Assembly: GCF_963921235.1 (NCBI RefSeq)
Contig: NC_086108.1
Coordinates: forward strand, 95,544,001 to 95,608,000
Length of the DNA: 64,000 nucleotides
From: Mobula hypostoma
Taxonomy: Eukaryota
Reading direction: 5' to 3'
Shown here piece after piece: positions 33,921-46,039 of the stretch. Each line of letters begins with the position of its first letter. The stretch's first letter is position 1. The notes under the pieces were generated by a model that saw nothing but the letters and a program-made list of their open reading frames with translations, was not told where the DNA came from and searched no databases. The position numbers were made by a program, and so were the translations under genes.

Positions 33921-34239
33921 TTTGCCAAGCACAAACTAGGCTGAGCACCTACACCCCAACTGCCATGGCTTTCTGGAGCTCCCAGTTGCTAGTCTTGGAT
34001 GGCAAATATGGACAGTAATCAATCTTGGCACTGCACATGACATCCACATACCATAAATACAAAAACGTAGTATAAAAATAGTTTCTTTTGCCCTAACAAA
34101 CCACAAAGATGACAGGATCTGAACATTAATTCTGAAGAAATATATAATTTTTATGTCTAGTTAGATGTGTTATAGAAATGAGAAAAAAAATCCAGATTCC
34201 AGGTGGATATTAATGAACATACGCTAACATAACACTTAC

Positions 34240-34334
34240 ACTTTTTTAAGTGCATCTAGAACAATGCGTTTGCGGATCTGGTTCCGTGCTTCAGAATCCA
34301 CCAATGGAAGAACTGGATCCTCCTCTCTACTTTC
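34240..34334 (-). CDS. RPAP2: RPAP2 coding exon (95 bp), ESREEDPVLPLVDSEARNQIRKRIVLDALKK(V)
   Basis: atttag acceptor and gtaagt donor; PL.DS...NQIRKRIVL motif of the RPAP2 C-terminal domain; phase 0/2. Confidence 0.93.
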
Positions 34335-36208
34335 CTAAATTCCAAATAAAATGCATTTAAGTATCATTTAAGTTCAGAATTGTTCAATCTACAAACTGAG
34401 AAATATAATGGATTAATAAACTCTGTTTCTTGTGAAGCCTAGAAACAAATAAATGGCTAAAAGTAATCAATAAACTGATAGTATAGGAAGTAGAATGAAA
34501 CTTTCCATAGACAGGAGAATGATGCCATTCAGAAACAGGCTTGGAATTTCAATTTAAAACTATGGTGAAATTAATTAACATACAATGTGTGCATTACTGG
34601 ATTTTAAAAAAAGTCTTGTTTGAATATCCTTTTCATGACAAAAGTTTGTTTTTTAGAATAATTTTTAGGTATTGAAATAAGTAGCTTTATACTACAACAT
34701 TATGAGCCAACAGCCATTCCAGCTTTTTGCCATGGGAGCACTTCACCTTTTCCACTGAGACAACTGGTTAAACAGCACTTGCTAAGTAAGAATAGCAGTT
34801 AGAGACACAGAGCTGTACAGCATGGAAACAGGCTACTCGGCCCATCACATCTATGCACACCATTATGCCTTTCTACACCAATCCCACGTTTGCATTCATC
34901 CAATATCCCTCTAGGCTTTGCTCATTCAAGTACTTGTTCAAATGTCTCATTAAGTTGTCACTGCTCCTGCTTCTATCACCTCCTCTAATAGCTCATTTCA
35001 GATACTGACTACTGATAATTATGTGAAAAAAAAACCCTTAGATCCTTTTACACCCAGGCTGCCTGCAGACAGAAAAGATAGCATTAAGCTGGAGTCTACA
35101 ACTAGTATAATAAATGAGTGGATCTTTAGGGAGCAGCTTGCAATGAATCAGCAAACTCTGGTGCCATCTTGCATAGCAGAAAGACTTACAAGGGATCTGA
35201 GGGGCAAGTTTTTCCACACAGTTGGTGGGTATACAGAATAAGCTGCTTGCGGAAGTGGTAGAGATGCGTACAACTACAAAATTTAAAAGAATCTAAACTC
35301 CAGATACACAAGTGGACAGGAAAATTTTTTTGAGGATATGGCCAAATGCAAGGAAATGGGACTAATTCAAGTAGATAACTTGGTTGGCATAGTTGAGTTG
35401 GACCATAGAGCCTGTATAACTCTATGACTTTGAAACTCCTCCCTCTCACAACTAGTTTTAGATATGGATACCATTGGAAGTACACTCTGGTAATCTACTC
35501 CGGGCTTTTCCTCACTTTAAATACACCTACCATGTCACCTCTCAGCCTCCTTTGCTCCAGAGAAAACAGATCTATCTAATCTCTCCTAATGATTCAACTA
35601 ACCAATCCAGACAATACCCTTGTAAATCTTTTTCGCACACTTTCTGGCTTAATCCCATCCTTCCTGTAACATGGTGTTCAGAACTCCAAGTGCAGCCTCA
35701 ACTACATTCTGTATGACAGTAATATGATATTCCAATCCTTACACTAAAAGCCTTAAGCTAGTGTAGGTAGGAATGTGATACAGTATGCCTTCTTTGCTAC
35801 CCTGTTGCCACCCTCAGGGAGCTATTACTTGTAACTCCAAGCACTCCTTAATTCAACAGCACTCACTGTGTATGTCCAACCCTGGCTTAACTTCCCAAAA
35901 TGCATCTCTTCACTCTGTTCTGAGCGAAATTCTCTCTCCTATTTCTTTGCCCACTTTACAGTTGATGAATATCATATTGCAATCCTAGAAGACCTTCTTC
36001 ACTGTTCACTAGACTACAAATTATGGTGTCATCAGCAAACTTACTAATCTTGTTACCTACAATCTAAGCTAAATCACTAACATATACAACAAATAACAGA
36101 GATCCCTGCAGCAACCCACTGGTCATTGGCCTTTAGTCTGAGAAACTTTCATCCACTACCGCCCTCTTTCTCCTACCAGACTCATTGGGCAAGCAGTTAA
36201 TAGATTCA

Positions 36209-37878
36209 CACATAAAAGTTGCTAGTGAACGCAGCAGGCCAGGCAGCACCTCTAGGAAGAGGTGCAGTCAACGTTTTGGGCTGAGACCCTTCTTCATCAG
36301 GACTAACTGAAAGAAGAGCTAGTAAGAGATTTGAAAGTGGGAGGGGGAGGGGGAGATCCGAAATGATAGGAGAATACAGGAGGGGGAGGGATGGAGCCAA
36401 GAGCTGGCCAGTTGATTGGCAAAAGGGATATGACAGGATCATGGGACAGGAGGCCTAGGGAGAAAGAAAGGGGGAGGGAGGAAGCCCAGAGGATGGGCAG
36501 GGGGTATAGTGAGAGGGACAGAGGGAGAAAAAGGAGAGAGAGAAAAAGAATGTGTGTATATAAACAAGCCTACTGACTCTCACAGTTATCTGGGCTATTC
36601 CTCTTCTCACCCTGTCTCTTGCAAAATTGCCATCCCCTTCTTGCAATTCCTCCGTCTCCGCCGCATCTGCTCTCAGGATGAGGCTTTTCATTCCAGGACG
36701 AGGGAGATGTCCTCCTTTTTTAAAGAAAGGGGCTTCCCTTCCTCCACCATCTGCTCTCAAATGCATCTCCCCCATTCCACGCACATCTGCTCTCACTCCA
36801 TCCTCCCGCCACCCCACTAGGAATAGGGTTCCCCTTGTCCTCACCTACCACCCTACCAGCCTCCGGGTCCAACATATAATTCTCCGTAACTTCTGCCACC
36901 TCCAACGGGATCCCACCACTAAGCACATCTCCTCCCCCCCCACCCCGCTTTCTGCAGGGATCATTCCCTACGCGACTACCTTGTCCATTTGTCCCCCCCA
37001 TCCCTTCCCACCGATCTCCCTCCTGGCACTTATTCTTGTAAGCAGAACAAGTGCTACACATGCCCTTACACTTCCTCCCTCACTACCATTCAGGGCCCCT
37101 TCCAGTCCTTCCAGGTGAGGCAACACTTCATCTGTGAGTCGGCTGGGGTGATATACTGCGTCCGGTGCTCCCGATGTGGCCTTCTATATATTGGCAAGAC
37201 CCGACGCAGACTGGGAGGTTGTTTCGCTGAACACCTACACTCTGTTCGCCAGAGAAAGCAGGATCTCCCAGTGGCCACACATTTTAATTCCACGTCCCAT
37301 TCTCATTCTGATATGTCTATCCACAGCCTCCTCTACTGTAAAGATGAAGCCACACTCAGGTTGGAGGAACAACACCTTATATTCCGCTGGGTAGCCTCCA
37401 ACCTGATGGCATGAACATTGACTTCTCAAACTTCTGCTAATGCCCCACCTCCCCCTCATACCCCATCCGTTATTTATTTATTTATATACACACACATTCT
37501 TTTTCTCTCTCTCCTTTTTCTCCATCTGTCCCTCTCACTATACCCCTTGCCCATCCTCTGGGCTTTCCCCCCTTCCCCTTTCTTTCTCCCTAGGCCTCCT
37601 GTCCCATGATCCTCTCATATCCCTTTTGCCAATCACCTGTCCAGCTCTTGGCTCCATCCCTCCCCCTCCTGCATTCTCCTGTCATTTCGGATCTCCACCT
37701 CCTCCTCCCACTTTCAAATCTCTTACTAGCTCCTCTTTCAGTTAGTCCTAACGAAGGATCTCGGCCCGAAACGTCGACTGTACCTCTTCCTAGAGATGCT
37801 GCCCGGCCTGCTGCGTTCACTAGCAATTTTTTTGTGTGTTCCTTGAAATTCCAGCATCTGCAGATTTCCTCATATTTG
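36209..37878 (+). mobile_element. 5'-truncated Penelope-like element: inverted partial pLTR, RT thumb/linker, GIY-YIG endonuclease, pLTR and tail
   Basis: IPFLQFLRLRRICS, RVPLVLTYHP, CKQNKCYTCPY, VIYCVRCSRCGLLYIGKTRRRL; inverted arm 36209-~36560; 14-bp TSD agttaatagattca at 36195-36208 and 37879-37892. Confidence 0.93.
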
Positions 37879-38101
37879 AGTTAATAGATTCAATGCCTCG
37901 TCACTCAAATACAGTACTGCAGAAAGGAACTTATGGGGGGGGGTGGTCACAAAATTAAAACATAAAATCCTCAACAAACCACTGTGCAGTGGAATCTGAC
38001 AAAACTTTGAGTGTGGGTCATTTACTAGTACTGAGAATGATATTGGGTTCTTTCTATGATTTCCCCTGGAAGAGTATTAGTGTCAACAATGTACAACTTA
38101 C

Positions 38102-39065
38102 GGCAGATGTGGATTGATAATGTTCTTCACTTTTGCCTTCAGTGTTGTCAGGCAAAACATACCGCCCTTTATAAAACTCTCTGACTTTCAGCTGAAGAAA
38201 TTTGGATTCCTGCTTTAGTTGTTCAAAATTTGGTAATGGTCTAACAGTGATCTCCGGCTCTTTCACCTGGACACCCGTGCTAATATTTTCATTAGGATCT
38301 GTGATTTCAACTACTTCCAGGCTATCCAAGTCATCTTCATCAAGTTGTTCTTGTGCGGTAGCATCAGATGATTGACGTGGCAAACTGCACTGTGTTCTTC
38401 TGTGTTTTAAGTTTGAACCATAAAGAAATCTTAATGTTTCTTCCGTATTCCATTCACTTAATGTTTGTCTTAGTGATTCTAGTACATTAGTTTCAACACC
38501 TGAAGCAGATCTACATGAACTAACAAGGTTACATTGTTTTGATTTTGATATTAGGTTTCTTAGTGATGCAGCACCCTTCTTACTTAAACCTTGTGTTGTA
38601 AAATTACTTGTTGCAGGTTTGTCTTTATCCTTTAATCCACTTGAGGGAGTTGTTTGAGAGACATCTTGGTCCACTGCCCGAGGAGCTTTTTCCTTTTGTG
38701 TAAAAGTCAACTGGTCAATTCCAACATCCTGGGATGATCTGGAACTGTATGTCTCAAAGTGATATTCCTTCAACTGTTGTGCAATGTTTTCTACCTCAAG
38801 ATCCAGCTCTGTAAATTTTGGTGCTGGTACTGAGTTTGTACTCATGCCTTGCTGCTTTTTTTTGAACTGTTTGTGCCCTGCAGATTTTAACTTGTACTTT
38901 TCTCCCATGAGGATAGTTGAAACAAATTCTTGATCAGAGCCACTGCTATCTCTTTCATTTGAAGAGGAGCTAGAGTCACGTCGATCATCCATAAAGGGAG
39001 GGTTATCAATATCCGAAATTCGGATATTTGAATTTTGAAATCTCACTTCTTCCCCAGCACTCCCT
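38102..39065 (-). CDS. RPAP2: RPAP2 large coding exon (964 bp), GSAGEEVRF...TLSEWNTEETLRFLYG...LKVREFYKG...STSA
   Basis: Lies inside ORF 38054..39106; ttgcag acceptor and gtaagt donor; conserved RPAP2 motifs EEV..I..SDIDNP, EW.TEETLRFLYG and LP.FE.LK.E...L..REFY.G; phase 2/0. Confidence 0.93.
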
Positions 39066-39215
39066 CTGCAAGATAAGAATATATAATAAACATAAATAGA
39101 TTTCAAATTTTCTTGGTATAATTTAGTAGCCAGATATTATAAAATTATAAATTTAATTTCTGTAATTCAGAAGCAGGAATATCTCAGAATGATACCTTAC
39201 AATGGCACTTTAAGC

Positions 39216-39293
39216 CAGGGTTCCCAGCTTTTTTCATGCCGTGGATCAATACCATAAAGCAAGGGGTCCGTGAACTCTGGTTGGGGACCCCTG
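39216..39293. mobile_element. hAT/Charlie-like MITE (same family as 7709-7788)
   Basis: cagggttccc...ggggacccctg termini and similar internal sequence. Confidence 0.7.
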
Positions 39294-39978
39294 CCTTACA
39301 CATATTCAAACTTCATTGTCCAGGTTTGTTTTCATTTTTTGATTAATGGAATTGAGTGTTATGGGCAAGGACAGCATTCACTATCCATTCCTAATTGACT
39401 CTCAACTGAGGAGGCACAAGTTTCAAAATCCACTTTTTCTTAGAGCTCTCTCTGAATAGCTGCTGACATTTTGGAAGCTGCGGATAATTCATTGTCCATG
39501 ATAACAAGAGAGAAGTGACAGGAACACTCCAAATAGACAAATGATGTAGATCTGCTGTACAGCTTGTAAACAAATAATACTTGTTTACAGTTGTCCAAGT
39601 TGAGTTGTTAAGGCCACTATCCACAAAGAACAGCAGCCTGATGGTTTCCAACAACTTTTATTTATATTGTGCAAATAATGTTGTGAAACACCCCAAAATA
39701 GTGCAGAGGCACATTAACAGAATTTCATCCTCTGCTACAGAAGGATATATTAAGAGCAGATGCTAAATCACATGTGAAGTTGTAAAACAGCACACTGTAC
39801 ATGGAAAGGGGAGGAGTAAGTGAAGAATAGAGTGTTTAAATTAAAGGATGGATGGGATAAATAGCGCAGGAAAGGAAAATGATATAACCATAGAACAATG
39901 TTCAACTGACACTATTATTAAAAAAGGAAATGGCAAAACACAGAACGAGCACAGGAAGAAAGAATATATTCCATATGT

Positions 39979-40232
39979 ACATAGGAGATTCTACAAATGC
40001 TGGAAATCCAGAGCAACAGGCACAATATGCTGGAGAAACTCAGGTCAGGCAGCATCTATGAACATGAATAAACAATCGACATTTCGGGCCAAGATCCTTC
40101 ATTAGTACTAGAAAGGAATGGGGAAGAAGCCAGAAGGTGGTGGTGGGGGAGGGGAAGGAGTACGTTAGACTGTGTAGGCTTTGTCTAGTGCAGTGTTTCC
40201 TAATGAAGGCTCTTGGCCCAAAATGTCCATGG
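39979..40232. mobile_element. Old fold-back Penelope pLTR mini-element
   Basis: Tail plus pLTR arm, then short inverted arm (cctaatgaaggctcttggcccaaaatgtc); flanks atattccatatgt (39966-39978) and atatttcatatgt (40233-40245). Confidence 0.65.
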
Positions 40233-40614
40233 ATATTTCATATGTGTTGCTTCTTAATTCAAAAAGTGAGGTAGAAAGCAGGAAATGAAAAGCCTATTAG
40301 CTTAACACCTTTTGTAGAGAAAATGTTAGAAGCTATTTTAAAAGACCTTATAGCAGGTCATTCAGATAAGATCTAGGTTTAATGAAAATGGAAACCAGGT
40401 GTAATTTGTGTGTAGCTCAATTGAAGAGGTAGTAGGTGCTATTGATAAAGAGGATCAAGTGGATGTACCATACATAGGTTTGCAGAAAGCAGTCGACAAG
40501 GTGCCAGTTCAAAGGTTACTGCAGAAAATAAAAGTTCTTGGTGCAGGGTATATCACTGGGTACTCTTAGCTGACTGGAGGGCCATAAGATTAGCTTCATT
40601 TGTCACAGGTACAT

Positions 40615-41640
40615 GTGTGGTGAAAAAGGCACGACAGCCCCTCTTTCACCTCAGACGGTTCAAGAAGTTTGGTATGGGTCCACAAATCCTGAGGGCTTTC
40701 TACAGGGGCACAATTGAGAGCATCTTGACTGACTATATCACTGTCTGCTATGGGAGCTGTATTTCCCTCAATCTGCAGAGTGGTGTGGACAGCCCAGTGC
40801 ATCTGTAGATGTGAACTTCCCACTATTCAGGATACTTACAGAGACACAGGTGTGTAAAAAGGGCCCGAAGGATCATTGAGGACCTGAGTCAGTCCAAACA
40901 CAAACTGTTTCAGCTGCTACCATCCGGGAAAGGGTACCACAGCATAAAAGCCAGGACCAACAGGCTCTGGGACAGCTTCTTCAACCAGGCCTTCAGACTG
41001 ATTAATTCACGCTGATACAATTGTATTTCTATGCTATATTGACTGTCCTGTTGTACATACTATTTATTACAAATTACTAAATTTAGACGGAGACGTAACA
41101 GAGATTTTTACTCCTCATGTATACGAAGGATGTACGAGGGGTGATTGATAAGTTCGTGGCCTGGGTTAGACAGAGTCAATTTTAGAAAACCTAGCACATT
41201 TATTTTTCAACATAGTTCCCTCCTACATTTACACACTTAGTCCAGCAGTTGTGGAGCATATGGATCTTGGATCTCCAGAAAGTGTCCACAGCAGGGGTAA
41301 TTGTTAAGTTCGTGATCTAAGGTAGAAGGAGATGAGTTATACAGCTCTCGTTACATGCACATGCAGGTCAGCTCTTTGAGTGATTATGCAGAAAGTTTGA
41401 AGTTAATAACTCATCATCTTCCACCTTAGGCCACGAGCTTATCAATCACCCCTGCTGTGGACACCTTCTGGAGGTCCAAGATCCGTATGCTCCACAACTG
41501 CTGGACTAAGTGTGTAAATGTAGGAGGGGACTATGTTGAAAAATAAATGTGCTAGGTTTTCTAAAATCAACTCATTCTACCTCAGTTCACGAACTTATCA
41601 ATCACCTCTTCTAAGTAATAAAGTTAATTCAATTCAATAA
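40615..41640 (+). mobile_element. Rex1-like LINE 3' fragment carrying a MITE in its 3'UTR
   Basis: ORF 40617..40808 KKARQPLFHLRRFKKFGMGPQILRAFYRGTIESIL; (aattc)n tail. Confidence 0.8.
41135..41611. mobile_element. Mariner-like MITE, largely palindromic, with an internal repeat of its terminal motif
   Basis: TA|cgaggggtgattgataagttcgtg ... cacgaacttatcaatcacctcttc|TA; terminal motif recurs at about 41295 and 41430. Confidence 0.85.
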
Positions 41641-41644
41641 ACAT

Positions 41645-41940
41645 CGATACATACAGTGAAATGCCTCATTTTGAGTCAACAATCAACACAGTCCGGGACA
41701 CAGTCCCAAATGCCACCACACTTCCTGCGCCAACAAAGCATGCCCAGAACTCACTAACCTTAACCCTAACCTCATGTCTTTGGAATGTGGGAGGAAATCA
41801 AAGCTCACAGAGGAAACCCAAGCGATCACGAGGAAAATGTACAAACTTCTTACAGACAGCAGTGGAAATTGAACCCCAATCTGTGATCACTGGCACTGTG
41901 AAGTGCTGCGCTAACTGCTACACTGCTGTGTTGCCCTGTC
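41645..41940 (-). mobile_element. tRNA-derived SINE (HE1-like); similar copy at ~49760-50020
   Basis: Reverse-complemented A/B boxes (gctaactgctacactgctgtgttgccc; ggaaattgaaccc) and central domain. Confidence 0.65.
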
Positions 41941-44900
41941 AGAAAGTGATACAGCATAGAAATAGGCCCCTCAGCCCATCATCTCCTTGACACTTCCTGC
42001 ACATTTCTACACTAATCCCAGTTACCTGCATTAGTCCATAATTTTTTATGCCTTAGCATTTCTAGTGCCTGCCTAAGTACTTAAGTGAGACTATCTACTT
42101 TCACTGCCTCTTCAAGCAGCATGTTCCAGACTCCAACTGTGCTCTGTGTCGAAAAAAAAAATCCCTTGGATTCCTTCCTACCTCTAAACTTAAACCTGCA
42201 CCTTCTTGCCTTAGTAGTCCCCACCATGTGAAAAAGATTTTTTACTACCTAGCCTGTCTACTCCTCTCATAATCTTATATACCCCTACCAGGTCTCCCTT
42301 CGCTGCCTCTGCTTCAATCTCATCAGTGGAAGAAATGCAGATGCCAGAAATCCAAAACTAAAAGAGAAAATGCTATAAACATTTAGCAGGACAAGAAAAC
42401 TGTCAATGCTTCAGATTGAGAACCTTCATTAGAATCAGAGAAAGTGACAAAGTATGTTTATGCTACAGAGAGGGAGAAAGTGGAATGAGAAGAAGAAATG
42501 TCTGTGACAGAGAGGAGATTAAAGATGTGGAAGTGCCAGTCACTTAAAATAACTGGCAATTTATAACAGAGGTGAGGAAAAAATAAAACTTGAAACAGGA
42601 AGATACAGCCACGTTTCTGGTCAGTGAGAGATAAAAAGAGTGGAGGTATAGAAGATTGCCTGGCTAACAGGAAACACTAGGTGTAGATGGGTCTTTCTCT
42701 GGTTGGCAAGATGTAAAGAGTGGTGTGCCACAATCACGCATAACTAGGTCTCTACATCTTCCTATTATATAATAGAAGGCTCTGAATGAATGGAAGCTAC
42801 ATTTGTTAACAGAATATAATTAGGGAAAATATCCATTTTGGAATGAAAAATAAAATAAACATTATCTATTGGTAAGAGATTACAAATCTCTAAGATGCAG
42901 AGGGATCAAATAGTCTGAAGTGTATAAATTATAAACAGCTCGTATGTAAGTGCAACAGGTGTGGGACTTGAGGACCAGAGTCATAGGGAAAGGTTGGACT
43001 GGTTGGGACTTTGTTCTGTGGAGCATCGGAGAATGAAGGGAGATTTGACAGAGGTATATAAAATTAAGAGTGGTGTAGACAGGATAAATGTAAGCAGGCT
43101 TCTTTCACTGAGATTGGGTGAGAATAGAACTAGAGGTCATGGGTTAAGGGTGATAGGTGAAATGTTTCAGAGGAACACGAGGTGGTGAAAGTGTAGAATG
43201 AGCTGCTAGCAACGGTGGTGGATACGAGTTTGACTTCAACATTTATCAGAAGTTTGGATAAGTACATGGATGGGAGAGGTATGGAGAACTATGGTCCAAG
43301 TAAAGGTTGATGGGACTAAGGAGAATAATAATTCAGCAAGGTCTAGATGGGCCGAAGGGCCTGTTTCTAGGCTGAAGTGCTGTATGACTCTAAGTAATTA
43401 CAAAAGCTAAGAAATTGTTATTGTTTAATTCAAGGGGAACTAAATACAATTTTTAAAAAATGCAGAGTGGTTATGTGTCAGTTATGAAGGGCACTGGCTA
43501 GGCCATGCCTGGAGTATCATGTATAATATTGGTCTTGTTACTTAAGTAAAGGGGCAGTTCAGAGGTCCTTGAATGCACACATAGTCTTTTGAAGAAAGGT
43601 TGGACAGGCTAGACTTGCATCTGCTTGTGTTCAGAAGAATGAAGGGGCGAGTGGGCTTCATAGTAGCAAACAAGATTGGGATGGATATGGATAGGCAGGA
43701 AATGGGGAGATTTTCCTTTTTACATGAGAACTCAAAACTTGAGTTTTCACAGCATTAGCTTCCAGGTACATTCCTTTCAATGACATAATTGAATCAATGA
43801 AACTCAGTATTAATAAAAGAGTAACAAGGCAGCTAATTTGTAGCATTTGGTTTATTTCTAGCAGCCAAAGATAAGTTTCTACACCCTGTTTTAAAAATAA
43901 GAGCTTTCTGAATTCAAAGGAATTAATATCATTACATGAATGATAAGAATTACCAGCTGTTCTATATTTGCCTTTAATACTTCATGGGCCAGGACAACTA
44001 GACTCTGAAGGAAAAGAGTTAATAAAGGAAATCTAGAGCAATTAGATGAATTAGGAACCACCAAGATCTCGGAGTAGAAATATCTTTTGTTGCCACATCA
44101 GATGGTTTTTAACAATACTAGCTATTATAAGGTCAAAAGACAATAAGAATAGCATTAGGCCATTCATCACATCAAGCCTGCTCTGCCATTCAATCACAGC
44201 TGATACATTATCCCTCTCAACCCCATTCTCCTGCCTCTCCACATCCACTCTAATTAGGCCTTTCATTCCTTTCCTAACAATCTATTCAATTGATATCACT
44301 GAATCAATGAATTGTACTGGTATGTACACTTAGACTAATTCTAGCAACCGAAGACTAATTTCAGGACTTTAAATGTATGAAGAAAGAGGAGAAAAGTGCG
44401 AGTTGATAATTGTATATTCCCCCCCCACAAGACTGCCGTAGTTACACTTGAAGATTGTATTTGGCAGTCTTGGCCTAAGGAGCATCCACAGATGATGAAA
44501 GGCAGTATGCATATTTTAACTTAAAGAAACATTCCACAGGCTATATCACTTATTTGAAAAAGCTTTAAACAGTAAACAATTTAACAATAGAACTTATCTT
44601 ACTTGTAACCAATGAATCTATCACCTTGCTCCTTACGTTTAACTGCATTTGCAGACAAATGCGCCACCCCATGGCCAATGTTTTTAAGCATCAACTTTCA
44701 AAACAAAATTCCCAAGTTTCTCTGCTCCAAATTCATGCCAGTAAATATGCTTTCTCTCTCATTTTCATTTACACACTGTATTAAAATGATAATATCAACC
44801 AGTATTGTCTTAATTAGAACTATCTTCAAAAGGACAGGTAATACAGACATAAAAACACAGATAAATAAAAACACTTAATATTAGGATAAATAAAATGAAT

Positions 44901-45098
44901 CACCAATGCTATCATTATGTACTTTAGTTGCAGTCCCAGAAATGATTAACTAATATTGGTTGATGAATGATGTAGCTTTACCACTTTTGCATGAACAAGT
45001 TGAGGCAAATATATTCAATTATATTGAAATAATTAATTGTTAATACTAAATTCAAAGCAAAAACATTCTGTGTACTGAACATAAAATAAAATGCATAC

Positions 45099-45131
45099 CT
45101 TTGCTCATTTAATAATCGACATGCCGGAACT
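45099..45131 (-). CDS. RPAP2: RPAP2 micro-exon (33 bp), (R)VPACRLLNEQ(R)
   Basis: ttttccgttgtag acceptor and gtatgc donor; phase 2/2 fits both neighbouring exons; corresponds to the short HPDFQLLKEEQ-type linker of RPAP2 orthologues. Confidence 0.75.
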
Positions 45132-45238
45132 CTACAACGGAAAACAGAATTATTTTTCACACTTTGATAAAAAATATTTACTATTCAGGTTTTTATCCTA
45201 TTTCTCACTTCAGCCACAATTGAGCTTTTTTAGAAGGG

Positions 45239-45563
45239 CAAACACGAGGAATTCTACAGATGCTGGAAATTCAAGCAACACACATCAAAGTTGCTGATGA
45301 ACGCAGCAGGCCAGGCAGCATCTCTGGGAAGAGGTACAGTCGACGTTTCAGGCCGAGACCCTTCGTCAGGACGAACTGAAGAAAGAGCTAGTAAGAGATT
45401 TAAAAAACTCTTAAAAGTTTTTAAAACTTTTAAAAATCTCTTACTAGCTCTTTCTTCAGTTAGTCCTGACGAAGGGTCTCGGCCTGAAACGTCCACTGTA
45501 CCTCTTCCTAGAGATGCTCCCTGGCCTGCTGCGTTCACCAGCAACTTTGATGTGTGTTGCTTC
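45239..45563. mobile_element. Fold-back Penelope pLTR mini-element with a hammerhead core in each arm (45338-45372 minus; 45462-45497 plus)
   Basis: Inverted arms around an AT-rich spacer; tail on the left; TSD tttagaaggg at 45229-45238 and 45564-45573. Confidence 0.88.
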
Positions 45564-45692
45564 TTTAGAAGGGGGCAGGAGGAGGGGCGGGCTGTAATTG
45601 TCCAAGCCAAGATTTACTTAGTTTGGATCAGATTTCAATCTGTATTCCAATGGAACAGATCAAATAAAATCCTCACAGCGTCATCCAATCAC

Positions 45693-45902
45693 AAACAAGA
45701 GAAAATCTGCAGATGTTGGAAATCCAATCAACATGCACAATATGTTGAAGGAACTCAGCAGGCCAGGCAGCATCTATGGAAAAGAGTAGAGTCAACATTT
45801 TGGGCCAAGATCCTGCATCAGGATGAAGGGTCCCAATGACGGGTCTCTGCCCAAGATGCTGACTGTACTCTTTTCCATAGATGCTGCCTGGCCTGCTGAG
45901 CA
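45693..45902. mobile_element. Older fold-back Penelope pLTR mini-element
   Basis: ctcagcaggccaggcagcatctatggaaaagagta / tactcttttccatagatgctgcctggcctgctgag; TSD tcatccaatcac at 45681-45692 and 45903-45914. Confidence 0.8.
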
Positions 45903-46039
45903 TCATCCAATCACCCACTTTCTTTCTTTTATTGAATATCTACACCGTATTACATTCACAACAACCTTTTTATAAAGATATTTTGTATCTCAACTTTAAC
46001 TTGGTTATTTTTCCTTGTTAAAAGATATATCATTTTATA

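Noticed and set aside
38054..39106. 350-aa ORF as a stand-alone gene
   Set aside because: It is the large RPAP2 exon plus intronic read-through; splice sites at 39065 and 38102 are phase-compatible with neighbouring exons.
41754..41772. Telomere-like taaccttaaccctaacc
   Set aside because: Only 2-3 imperfect units within a SINE body.
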